Shown here piece after piece: positions 8,011 to 15,257 of a DNA stretch of 17,242 nucleotides. The stretch covers positions 67,682 to 84,923 of the forward strand of contig CAMYMH010000018.1 in NCBI GenBank assembly GCA_947259275.1, written 5' to 3'. Positions within the stretch are counted from its first letter, which is position 1. Every line of letters starts with the position of its first letter. A model generated the notes under the pieces. It was given only the letters and a program-made list of their open reading frames with translations. It searched no databases and had not been told where the DNA came from. This stretch comes from an uncultured Acidimicrobiaceae bacterium. GTDB taxonomy: Bacteria; Actinomycetota; Acidimicrobiia; Spongiisociales; SHLN01. The position numbers were made by a program, and so were the translations under genes.

Positions 8011-8547
8011 CTAAGGCGTCGGAGTGAGCTCCTGGTTCTTGCGCCAGTACAGGTAGTAGGCGGCCAGCACCAACCCGATCCCGATGATCCAGAGTGGCCA
8101 GAAGACCGGATCAGCGAGCTGCCTGGCAGGCTCGACCAGGTCGAATGAGGTGGCTTCCAGGTAGGACTCGCCGCCGCGATCGGCGTCGTGATGATGCCAG
8201 ATGCCCGTGACCTCCACGATCGGACCGCGCCAGCGATATCCACCCGGCTGGTCGAGGTCGAAGGCAAGGGACCCGTCGAACCGCACACCGATGCCGGTGT
8301 TTCCCTCACCGTGCGTGCCGGTCTCGCGCAGCGGCCCATCGGCGTACGAGTCGTCGTTGAGCTGGGCCCACACGGTCCCGTCGCCCCGCACCCCGAAGTC
8401 GCCGACCAGCTCCCCGGCCACCGTCACCTCCGTCTGGTCATAGACCGCGCCGGTCCCGGTGAGCTCGTCGACCGGGATGACCGTCTGAGCGGAGGCCGGC
8501 ACCGCCCACCCCACCAGCACGAGCACCAGCAGACAAATCCGCCGCAT
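8011..8547 (-). CDS. secreted, C-terminally membrane-anchored protein of unknown function, translationally coupled to trkH
   Basis: The ATG at 8547-8545 shares one nucleotide with the trkH TGA (TGATG) and is preceded by GAGGGGGAAG. Signal peptide MRRICLLVLVLVGWAVPASAQ, a ~130-aa Gly/Asp/Thr-rich beta-type domain, and a C-terminal TM helix VFWPLWIIGIGLVLAAYYLYW followed by RKNQE. Reported by the ORF track only as the tail of an artefactual 691-aa ORF. Confidence 0.6.
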   Translation of the reverse strand: MRRICLLVLVLVGWAVPASAQTVIPVDELTGTGAVYDQTEVTVAGELVGDFGVRGDGTVWAQLNDDSYADGPLRETGTHGEGNTGIGVRFDGSLAFDLDQPGGYRWRGPIVEVTGIWHHHDADRGGESYLEATSFDLVEPARQLADPVFWPLWIIGIGLVLAAYYLYWRKNQELTPTP

Positions 8548-10043
8548 CACTTCCCCCTCGCCCAGGCGTAGAGGAACCCGAACAATGAGAAGACCGCAAC
8601 GAATTCCAGCCGGCCGAGCCACATCTGCACGATGTAAGTGAGCTTGAGGAGCAGCGGCATGCTCGGTTCCGTGACCCCCACCGACAGGCCGACGGAAGCG
8701 CCGGCCGACACCGATTCGAACAACGCCTCCTGCACTCCGTAGCCGTATCCGAGCGCGACGCCGGCCCCGAGCAGAAACAAGGCAACAAACAGCAGCGAAA
8801 CGGTCATGACTGCCTGGCCGAGCTCGGGCGTGACGCGCTTGATGCCGTTCTGGTAGTAGGTGGTCGACTGGATTGCCCCCTCCGGCAGCAGGACTTGTCG
8901 GATCTGATGAACCAGGTTGCGGATGGTTAGACCGATACGCAGCGCCTTGACACCGCCGGCCGTCGAAGAAGCCATGCCACCGAGTGCCATCGCAATCGCC
9001 ACTCCCCCGAACGCCAGGCCGCCCCACAGGGCAAGCTCGCCGGCCGGAACGGTGGTGAAGCCGGTTCCGGTGTGGGCAGACACCACCTGGAAGAACGCCT
9101 GCCGCCCAAGGCCGGCCGCATTCGAGTACACGCCGCCGGCCGCCAGGCCGATCATGGTCAGGAACATGGTGAAGGCGACCGTGCCGAGGATGGTGCGGGT
9201 CTCGAGGTTCTTGAACACCGCCAGGCGAGGCCCCCGCCACAGCGCGAAGTGAAGCCCGAAACTCATCGCTCCCGCCACCATCAGGATGGCCGTGACTCCC
9301 TCGAACACTGCGGAGTGGTAGTAGCCGATCGATGTGCTCATCGGGCTGAACCCGCCGGTATCGAACCCGGCAAAAAAGACATTGACGGCATGAAACAGTG
9401 AGCGCCACACCCCGAAGCCGAGCAGGAAGAAGGTCACCGCCGCCAGGGCGGCAACACCGATGACGAAGTGGTAGGCGGCCACCTTCCAGATGAAGCGGGC
9501 CGTCGACCGCACGTTCGGAAGGATCCGCTCCTGGCGAGCTTCGCCGTAATACAGCGTGGTGCCGCCGCTGCCGGTAAACAGCGTGAGGGCGGCGATGATG
9601 ATGCCCTGCCCCCCCAGGAAGTGGAGCAGGTGGCGCCAGAAGTTGAGCGAGGGTGCCAGGTGATCGAGATCCTGGATCAGCGCCAAGCCGGTGGTGGATA
9701 ACCCGCTCATGGCATCGAAGTAGGCATCGAGCGGCTGGCCGTAGTGCCCGGAAAACATCAGCGGGATGGCTCCCACCGCCGGCACCAGCAGCCAGGTGAG
9801 GGCGACCACCACCATCCCATGGCTCCATTCGAGTTGGTGGTGGCGCACCTCGATGAACCGGGAGGCGGTTCCGAGCAGGGCAAAAACGCCGACCATGATG
9901 AGAAAGCTCGTCGCCGGTGCCCACTCCCGAGCGATGAGTGCCCACGCCAGCGGGAACGTTCCGGCCAGGGCGGTCACCAGCGAAATCCGGCCCAACTGGA
10001 CGCCGATGATGCGGAAGTCGTCCGCTTCCGGGCGCAGCAGCAT
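8547..10043 (-). CDS. trkH: Trk/Ktr-family potassium transporter membrane subunit (TrkH/KtrB)
   Basis: Selectivity-filter-like motifs in four repeats: SGLSTTG, AGFDTGGFS, SAHTGTGFT, VSAGASVGLSVG. 498 aa, polytopic. The ATG 10043 overlaps the upstream small-ORF stop. Confidence 0.9.
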   Translation of the reverse strand: MLLRPEADDFRIIGVQLGRISLVTALAGTFPLAWALIAREWAPATSFLIMVGVFALLGTASRFIEVRHHQLEWSHGMVVVALTWLLVPAVGAIPLMFSGHYGQPLDAYFDAMSGLSTTGLALIQDLDHLAPSLNFWRHLLHFLGGQGIIIAALTLFTGSGGTTLYYGEARQERILPNVRSTARFIWKVAAYHFVIGVAALAAVTFFLLGFGVWRSLFHAVNVFFAGFDTGGFSPMSTSIGYYHSAVFEGVTAILMVAGAMSFGLHFALWRGPRLAVFKNLETRTILGTVAFTMFLTMIGLAAGGVYSNAAGLGRQAFFQVVSAHTGTGFTTVPAGELALWGGLAFGGVAIAMALGGMASSTAGGVKALRIGLTIRNLVHQIRQVLLPEGAIQSTTYYQNGIKRVTPELGQAVMTVSLLFVALFLLGAGVALGYGYGVQEALFESVSAGASVGLSVGVTEPSMPLLLKLTYIVQMWLGRLEFVAVFSLFGFLYAWARGK

Positions 10044-10171
10044 CAGCCGACCAGGAGGACGGCGACCACCGCAAAGAGGGCGGCAATCAGCCCGAGAATG
10101 ACGATGAACATCGCCTCGATGGCGAAACTCATGAGCCCGCCAATGATGTCGCTCCTGCGGTCCTCGGCCAT
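10043..10171 (-). CDS. unannotated 42-aa single-TM small protein (MAEDRRSDIIGGLMSFAIEAMFIVILGLIAALFAVVAVLLVG) lying exactly between trkA and trkH
   Basis: Below the ORF-track size cutoff. The ATG at 10171 is 6 nt after the trkA TAG (10178-10180). Its TGA overlaps the trkH ATG by 1 nt (TGATG at 10045-10041). GC3 is about 88%, like the neighbouring genes. Without this ORF there would be an unexplained 134-nt gap in an otherwise overlapping operon. Confidence 0.4.
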   Translation of the reverse strand: MAEDRRSDIIGGLMSFAIEAMFIVILGLIAALFAVVAVLLVG

Positions 10172-10177
10172 AGGCGG

Positions 10178-10849
10178 CTAGTCAAGCCTCTTCTCGGGGA
10201 CCTTGCACAGAACTTCTCGTACCGAGGTCTCGTTCTCGACGTTGGTGACGGCCAGCACCCGGTCTCCGCCTTCGATAACGGTGTACGGACCCGGGACCAC
10301 AACCTCGTCGCCCCGCATGACCGACACCAGGATGGTGCGTTCCGGCAGGCTCATGTCGACCACCTTCTGAGGCTCGACCTCGATGGGGATCTCGATTTCG
10401 AGCAGGCTGATCTGGCCTCGGCCGAGCAAGGCCACCCGGACCGCCTCCTCGACGTCGACTTCCACTTCACGGCTGATGACCTGCACCATGAGGTCGGTCA
10501 CGGCAACCACCGGGATACCGAGGGCATCGAAGGTTGACCGGTTCTTCGGGTCGTTGAGACGGGCAAGCACTCGGGTAGCTCCCAGCGTGGCCGCCAGCTG
10601 GCAGGCGACGATGTTGTCCTCATCCCGCCCGGTGACCGCCAGCACCCAGTCGGCCCGATGCAGGTCGGCTTGTTCCAGGAGGCGCATGTCGGTGGCATCG
10701 CCCTGCAGCACCAGAGCGTTGGTCGCCTCCCCTACCTCGGTGGCACGGGCGAGGTCGGATTCGATGACGGTTACGTGATGGCCGGATGAGTCGAGCTCCT
10801 GGGCCAGGTAGGAGCCGACCTTTCCGCCGCCGATGATGACAGAACGCAT
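10178..10849 (-). CDS. trkA: TrkA-like K+ uptake regulatory protein, second half-size gene (RCK_N + RCK_C)
   Basis: ATG 10849-10847 shares its A with the upstream gene's TGA. Rossmann motif VIIGGGKVGSYLAQEL, then a C-terminal TrkA_C-like region. The paired half-size arrangement resembles the actinobacterial CeoB/CeoC split. Confidence 0.85.
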   Translation of the reverse strand: MRSVIIGGGKVGSYLAQELDSSGHHVTVIESDLARATEVGEATNALVLQGDATDMRLLEQADLHRADWVLAVTGRDEDNIVACQLAATLGATRVLARLNDPKNRSTFDALGIPVVAVTDLMVQVISREVEVDVEEAVRVALLGRGQISLLEIEIPIEVEPQKVVDMSLPERTILVSVMRGDEVVVPGPYTVIEGGDRVLAVTNVENETSVREVLCKVPEKRLD

Positions 10850-11502
10850 CAATCCTCCGATGCCAGGAACTGCTTGATCTGGTCGCGGGCTCCCAATTTG
10901 ACCGACGCAACCACCAGGTCGCCCGGCTCCAGCTCGGCCCCCTGGTTGGGAATGATGGTGTGCCGCCCCCGCCGGAGGGCCGCCACCCGCAGTTGACCCT
11001 CGGTTTCCAGATCGGCAACGGTGAGGCCTTTCGACTGGGGCCCGATCACCATCTCCACTACCTCGACGTCGCCATCGGAGAAGGTCAAATGGAACCGGAG
11101 CTCTTCATCGATGATGGCTTCGAACACGACGTTGGTGACGATGCGGGAAGCCGGGATGTAGTTGATGTTGAGCGCCCGGTACGCCTGCTCGCGGGCCGGA
11201 TCATCGAGCCGGGCCAGGGCACGCTTGACGCTGAAGACTTCCGTGGCAACTTCCACCGCCATCAGGTTGGCGTTGTCCGAGCTGGTGACCGCGACGAAGG
11301 CATCGGCCCGTTCGATGCCGGCGCCGGTCAGCACATCGACGTCATAGGCGTACCCGACATGGGTGGTTCCGTTGAATGCCGACCCGAGTTTGTCGAGGGC
11401 CGCCCGGTCCTTGTCGATGATGGAAACGTCGTGGCCAACCGCGGCCAGCCGATTGGCGAGGTCGCTCCCGACCCGCCCACACCCGGCTATGACAATCCGC
11501 AT
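10849..11502 (-). CDS. trkA: TrkA-like K+ uptake regulatory protein, first half-size gene (RCK_N + RCK_C)
   Basis: ATG 11502 preceded by AAAGGGA with a 7-nt spacer. N-terminus MRIVIAGCGRVGSDLANRL. The 84-aa low-complexity extension to 11754 in the ORF track runs through intergenic hairpins and is rejected. Confidence 0.85.
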   Translation of the reverse strand: MRIVIAGCGRVGSDLANRLAAVGHDVSIIDKDRAALDKLGSAFNGTTHVGYAYDVDVLTGAGIERADAFVAVTSSDNANLMAVEVATEVFSVKRALARLDDPAREQAYRALNINYIPASRIVTNVVFEAIIDEELRFHLTFSDGDVEVVEMVIGPQSKGLTVADLETEGQLRVAALRRGRHTIIPNQGAELEPGDLVVASVKLGARDQIKQFLASED

Positions 11503-12096
11503 TCCACCGTCCCTTTCGTGGTTAGCAGGATAGGAGTCGGCTCGCCCGATTCTCTCCCTCGGAGGCGGGGTCGCAACACTCCTCCCGGAGGGGGAGGTGG
11601 CCCGTAGGGTCAGAGGCGGGTGGTTGGTTGCTTCCCCGCCCTGAGGGCGGCCGGGCGTTGCCCGGCTTAGGAGTTGCTTCGCAACTCCTTGGGAACGCGA
11701 AGCGTTCCCGTCCACCTTCCCCTCAGGTGATCTGTCGCGGTTTGTGTGCGACACATCCCGGGCGCGTCCTACGAGTCTTGTTGCTCCTTCCCCCGAGGGG
11801 AAGGAGCACCGAGGAGCGCAGCGACGAGGACGGATGGGGGGAAACCCTCAAGCCTTCAAAAGAGTGAACTGGCAGGGTTCCTGGCCTCCCCCACCCCGCC
11901 TCCGCCTTCGGCGGAGCCACCCCGCCCTCAGGGCGGGGAGCACAACCGTCGGCCAACCAGGTAAGCACGTGAGCGCGGCGTCTCGAAGGCGTCGCACACC
12001 AACCGCGACAGATCAGGAAGGGGGGAAGGAAGCAACAGCCCGTAGCACGACTCGCTTCGCAACTCGTAGAGTTGCTCAGCTCCGCAGCGTTCCCCT
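11503..12096. repeat. 594-bp non-coding spacer packed with at least 11 GC-rich stem-loops; several belong to recurring families
   Basis: Hairpins read directly from the sequence: CCTCCC-ggag-GGGAGG (11581), CCGCCC-tga-GGGCGG (11636), CCGGGC-gtt-GCCCGG (11651), AGGAGTTGC-ttc-GCAACTCCT (11669), GGGAACGC-gaa-GCGTTCCC (11691), CTCCTTCCCC-ga-GGGGAAGGAG (11784), CTCCGCC-ttcg-GGCGGAG (11900), CCCCGCCC-tca-GGGCGGGG (11920), GCAACTC-gta-GAGTTGC (12060). There is no convincing ORF on either strand. Confidence 0.6.
11728..12015. mobile_element. 288-bp unit bounded by 25-bp near-perfect inverted repeats (TGATCTGTCGCGGTTKGTGTGCGAC). Candidate MITE-like element, or an invertible or operator-flanked segment.
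   Basis: Left IR at 11728-11752. Right IR at 11991-12015 is its reverse complement with 1 mismatch in 25. Each IR also folds on itself (GTCGC...GCGAC). No transposase or invertase gene lies in the window, and no clear target-site duplication is visible. Confidence 0.35.
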
Positions 12097-13542
12097 CTAG
12101 CGTCGCCAGAGTTCCCGGGTGAAGAGAAGGACGATGGGGAAGATCTCGAGGCGGCCGGCGATCATGAGCCCCGACAGGACCCACTTGCCGAGGGCGGTCA
12201 CTTCGAGGTAGGTGGAAGTGGGTCCGACGGCACCGAGGCCCGGGCCGACGTTTCCCAAGGCCGACGCCACCGCCGAAGCGGCGCTCACAAAGTCCAGGTC
12301 GGGCCCGATGGCCGAGCTGAAAACCCCGAATACGAAGGTGCCGGTCATGAAGAGGAACATGTAGAAGAGGAAGAAGGCCTGGACGGATTGGACGATCGAT
12401 TCGGGGACTTTCTTGCCGCCCAGGCGCACCGGGAACACGCCGTGCGGATGAATCACCCGGCGGATGTCGGCCAGCGAAGCTCTGGTCAGGACCCCGATCC
12501 GATACGTTTTCACTGCTCCGGCCGTCGAGCCGGCCATGCCTCCCACGAACATGAGCCCGACCACCATGATGCCGAGAGCCCCCGGCCACAGGCTGAAGTC
12601 GGCGGTGGCATACCCGGTGGTAGTGACGATGGACACAACCGTGAAGACTCCATCTCGCACGGTCCTGCCGACCCCACCCCCCCAGATCCCGATGATCGCA
12701 ACCACCGAAGCCGCCGCGATCACCGCCCCGTAGATCTTGAGCTCGGCGTCCCGGCTGTATTCGGTCGGCTTGCGCAGACCGCGGTAGTGGAGGGCAAACG
12801 ACATTCCCGCCAGCAGCATGAACACGATCACCACCCACTGGGCATAGGCCGAGAAACCGCCCAGTGACTCAGAAGTCGTGCTGAACCCACCCGTCGAGAG
12901 CGTGGTGAAGGAGTGGGAGATGGCCTCGAACAGCGTCATGTCCCCCGCCCACAGCAGCAGGGCCTCGGCGAGCGTGAACAGCACGTAGATGAACCACAGC
13001 CGCTTGGCGGTCTCCTTGAAGCGGGGCGTGAGCCGGTCGGGTCGAGGTCCGGGGGATTCGGCCCGGGCGAGCTCGACACCACCGACCCCGAGCAGCGGAA
13101 GGATGGCGATCGACAACACAATGATTCCCATCCCGCCAAGCCATTGGCTGGTGGCCCGCCAGAAGACAACTCCGTGGCCGATGTTTTCGGGTTGGGAGAT
13201 CACCGATGCCCCGGTGGTGGTGAAGCCGGCCGACGACTCGAAGAAGGCGTTGGTGACTCCATCCAGCGTGGAAGTGACTATGTAGGGAAGGGTGCCGAAC
13301 AAGACCACGAAGATCCAGGCGAGGCCGACGATGGCAAACCCTTCTTTGGTAGTGAGTTGCGCCTGCCGGCCGTACCGCCAGGCGAGGCCCCCGATGACGA
13401 TGGTGATGAGGGCGGCCACCAGGATCTCAACCATGTCGGCCCACTCCTGGTAGATGCCGGAGACGACGGCGGCCGGGAGCATGGCCATTCCGACGGCCGC
13501 TACTACTGCGCCAAGAATGTATTGGAGAGTTCGGATTGACAT
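12097..13542 (-). CDS. trkH: Trk/Ktr-family potassium transporter membrane subunit (TrkH), second paralogue
   Basis: Motifs SAGFTTTG, LSTGGFST, TTTGYATADF, SALGNVGPGLG. 481 aa. ATG at 13542 lies 22 nt after the trkA TGA. Confidence 0.9.
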   Translation of the reverse strand: MSIRTLQYILGAVVAAVGMAMLPAAVVSGIYQEWADMVEILVAALITIVIGGLAWRYGRQAQLTTKEGFAIVGLAWIFVVLFGTLPYIVTSTLDGVTNAFFESSAGFTTTGASVISQPENIGHGVVFWRATSQWLGGMGIIVLSIAILPLLGVGGVELARAESPGPRPDRLTPRFKETAKRLWFIYVLFTLAEALLLWAGDMTLFEAISHSFTTLSTGGFSTTSESLGGFSAYAQWVVIVFMLLAGMSFALHYRGLRKPTEYSRDAELKIYGAVIAAASVVAIIGIWGGGVGRTVRDGVFTVVSIVTTTGYATADFSLWPGALGIMVVGLMFVGGMAGSTAGAVKTYRIGVLTRASLADIRRVIHPHGVFPVRLGGKKVPESIVQSVQAFFLFYMFLFMTGTFVFGVFSSAIGPDLDFVSAASAVASALGNVGPGLGAVGPTSTYLEVTALGKWVLSGLMIAGRLEIFPIVLLFTRELWRR

Positions 13543-13564
13543 GCGGAGGGTTAGTCAGCGAGGG

Positions 13565-14893
13565 TCAACTGAACGTCTTCTCCACGGTGGGGACCGCCTC
13601 GGGAAGGGCAACCGCTACCACCCGGTCCCCCGGTGTGATGATGGTCTCGCCGCGAGGAATGAGGGTGGTGTTGCCGCGGAAGATGCCGGCCACAATCGCC
13701 GACTTGGGGAGCCCGATGTCCGCCAGGGTTTTGCCGATCGAGCTGCTGGCCGGATCCACCTGCAGTTCGATCGCCTCGAGGTCGCTGTCCTGGAAGGTAA
13801 CCACCGAGTGCACCCGCCCGCGTCGCACGTAGCGGAGGATGGCGTTGGCAGCCGACAGGCGGGAGGAGACACCGCTGTCCACCCGGGTCTCGTTGAGCAG
13901 GCTCACATAGTCGAGGCGGTGGTAACGAGCGATCGCATTCTTGGCACCGAGGCCCTTCGCCACCAGCGAGCCCACCACATTGACCTCATCCCACTTGGTG
14001 AGGGCCAGCACATCGTCGACGTTTTCGATGCCCTCGGACCTGAGGAGTTCGGGATCCATCGGGTCCCCATGCACCACGATCACCCCCGGGCACGCGTCCG
14101 CCACCAGACGGGTGGCCTGCTCCTCCTTGTCGATGAGAGTCACCGATATTCCGTTCTCGCACAGCAGGTTGGCGGTGATGCGAGCCAGCCGGCCGGCACC
14201 GAAGATCATGACCCTCTTTGCCTTGTGGATGTTGATTCCCAGCAGGGGAGCCAGTTGCTCAATCAAGTCGGTCTTGGTGGCGATGAGAACGTGGTCGCCC
14301 TCCTCGACGAGGGATTCGCCCCGGGCCACGAAAGGATGGCCGCCGCGAATGATGGCGGTGACCAGCCAGTCCCAGTCGACGACCTGGGTGCGAAGCTGCT
14401 CGAGACTGAGATCTGATAGCGGCGCGTCCTTCTGGACGTAGCCGCCGATGAGCGAAAGCGATCCGTCGCCGAAAGTGGCGTGTTCGCTGATCCCGCCCTC
14501 CGATACCAGGGTCAGGAGGTCCTTGGCGAGTTGCTCCTCGGGGTCGATCACGACGTCAACGCCGAGGATTTGGAGCTCGTCGCGCAGCGCGGAATCCTCC
14601 ACCCGGGCAATCTTGCGGGGCACGCCGAGCCGGGCGGCGGCGTGGCAGGCGAGCACGTTGACCGCGTCGTTGCTGGTGACGGCGATCAGCAGCTCGGCCT
14701 TGTCGATGCCGGCCGCCTCGAGGATGGCGGGGGAGGCACCGTTGCCCAGGACCGCCAGGATGTCGAGCGATGACTGAAGCTCCTCTACCTTGGCAGGATC
14801 GTTGTCGATGACGACGACGTCCTGGCCTTCGATGGAGAGGCGTTCGGCGAGATGGCTCCCGACCGCTCCGGCTCCGACTATGACGATCCGCAT
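13565..14893 (-). CDS. trkA: full-length TrkA (tandem RCK_N-RCK_C x2) K+ uptake NAD-binding regulatory protein
   Basis: ATG 14893 preceded by GAGAGGTGG. Two Rossmann motifs (MRIVIVGAGAVGSHLAERL and VMIFGAGRLARITANLL), each followed by a TrkA_C-like region. 442 aa, matching the length of double-RCK TrkA proteins. Confidence 0.9.
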   Translation of the reverse strand: MRIVIVGAGAVGSHLAERLSIEGQDVVVIDNDPAKVEELQSSLDILAVLGNGASPAILEAAGIDKAELLIAVTSNDAVNVLACHAAARLGVPRKIARVEDSALRDELQILGVDVVIDPEEQLAKDLLTLVSEGGISEHATFGDGSLSLIGGYVQKDAPLSDLSLEQLRTQVVDWDWLVTAIIRGGHPFVARGESLVEEGDHVLIATKTDLIEQLAPLLGINIHKAKRVMIFGAGRLARITANLLCENGISVTLIDKEEQATRLVADACPGVIVVHGDPMDPELLRSEGIENVDDVLALTKWDEVNVVGSLVAKGLGAKNAIARYHRLDYVSLLNETRVDSGVSSRLSAANAILRYVRRGRVHSVVTFQDSDLEAIELQVDPASSSIGKTLADIGLPKSAIVAGIFRGNTTLIPRGETIITPGDRVVAVALPEAVPTVEKTFS

Positions 14894-15257
14894 GGGACCA
14901 CCTCTCGAATGCGACATCCAAGGCTAGCCACCATCGGCGGCCTCGCCGCGGGTCAATCGAAGAGAAAACATCTATCGCCTAGTTCTTCCCAATTCCAGTT
15001 ACCTATTTTATGGGAGATGATCCACGCAGCCTGGCGGCCGAGCGGGTGAAGCCCCGCTTGACTCCCAGCGTCGGCGATTTCGTCTTCGTCAACAGTCTGC
15101 TGGCCAATTCGGCTTATCCGGTACGGGCATTCACCTCCGATTGGCCTCCCAATCTGCTCCCATACCCTGGAAATACCTGGATGCAGAGGGCACGAAATCT
15201 CAGTAATCTAAGGGGTAATCCGGACATTGGGTGCCGGTATCGGAAAAGGGGCAACCA
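14894..15257. promoter_or_regulatory. divergent promoter region between trkA (minus strand) and nfeD-flotillin (plus strand)
   Basis: This 364-bp non-coding stretch is noticeably less GC-rich (14960-15010 agagaaaacatctatcgcctagttcttcccaattccagttacctatttta). A TTGACC hexamer at 14951-14956 on the minus strand and TAATCT at 15204-15209 on the plus strand are possible promoter elements, but the spacings are not convincing. Confidence 0.3.

Noticed and set aside
8011-10086. 691-aa ORF on the minus strand spanning the trkH region
   Set aside because: It is Arg/Pro/Gly-rich low-complexity sequence in an alternative frame of the true TrkH gene (8547-10043). Only its last 178 codons (8011-8547) form a real, separately initiated gene.
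11503-11754. 84-aa N-terminal extension of the first trkA-like gene
   Set aside because: It is low-complexity (P/R/G/S) sequence threaded through several perfect hairpins. The canonical MRIVIAGCG N-terminus at 11502 has a good RBS.
11503-12096. c-di-AMP (ydaO-type) riboswitch upstream of the trk operon
   Set aside because: It is plausible from the K+ transporter context. However, I could not recognise the conserved ydaO elements (paired CCGAA/GGUGAAUCC/AGCUAACC blocks with pseudo-twofold symmetry) by eye. Only a weak CUGCUAACC near 11530 was found. I have left it as something to test with cmsearch and do not call it.
11628-12100. plus-strand ORFs 11628-11867, 11744-12100 and 11746-11964 in the trk spacer
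   Set aside because: They are translated through perfect palindromes, giving PRG-rich low-complexity peptides. No RBS, and they are not codon-biased like true genes here.
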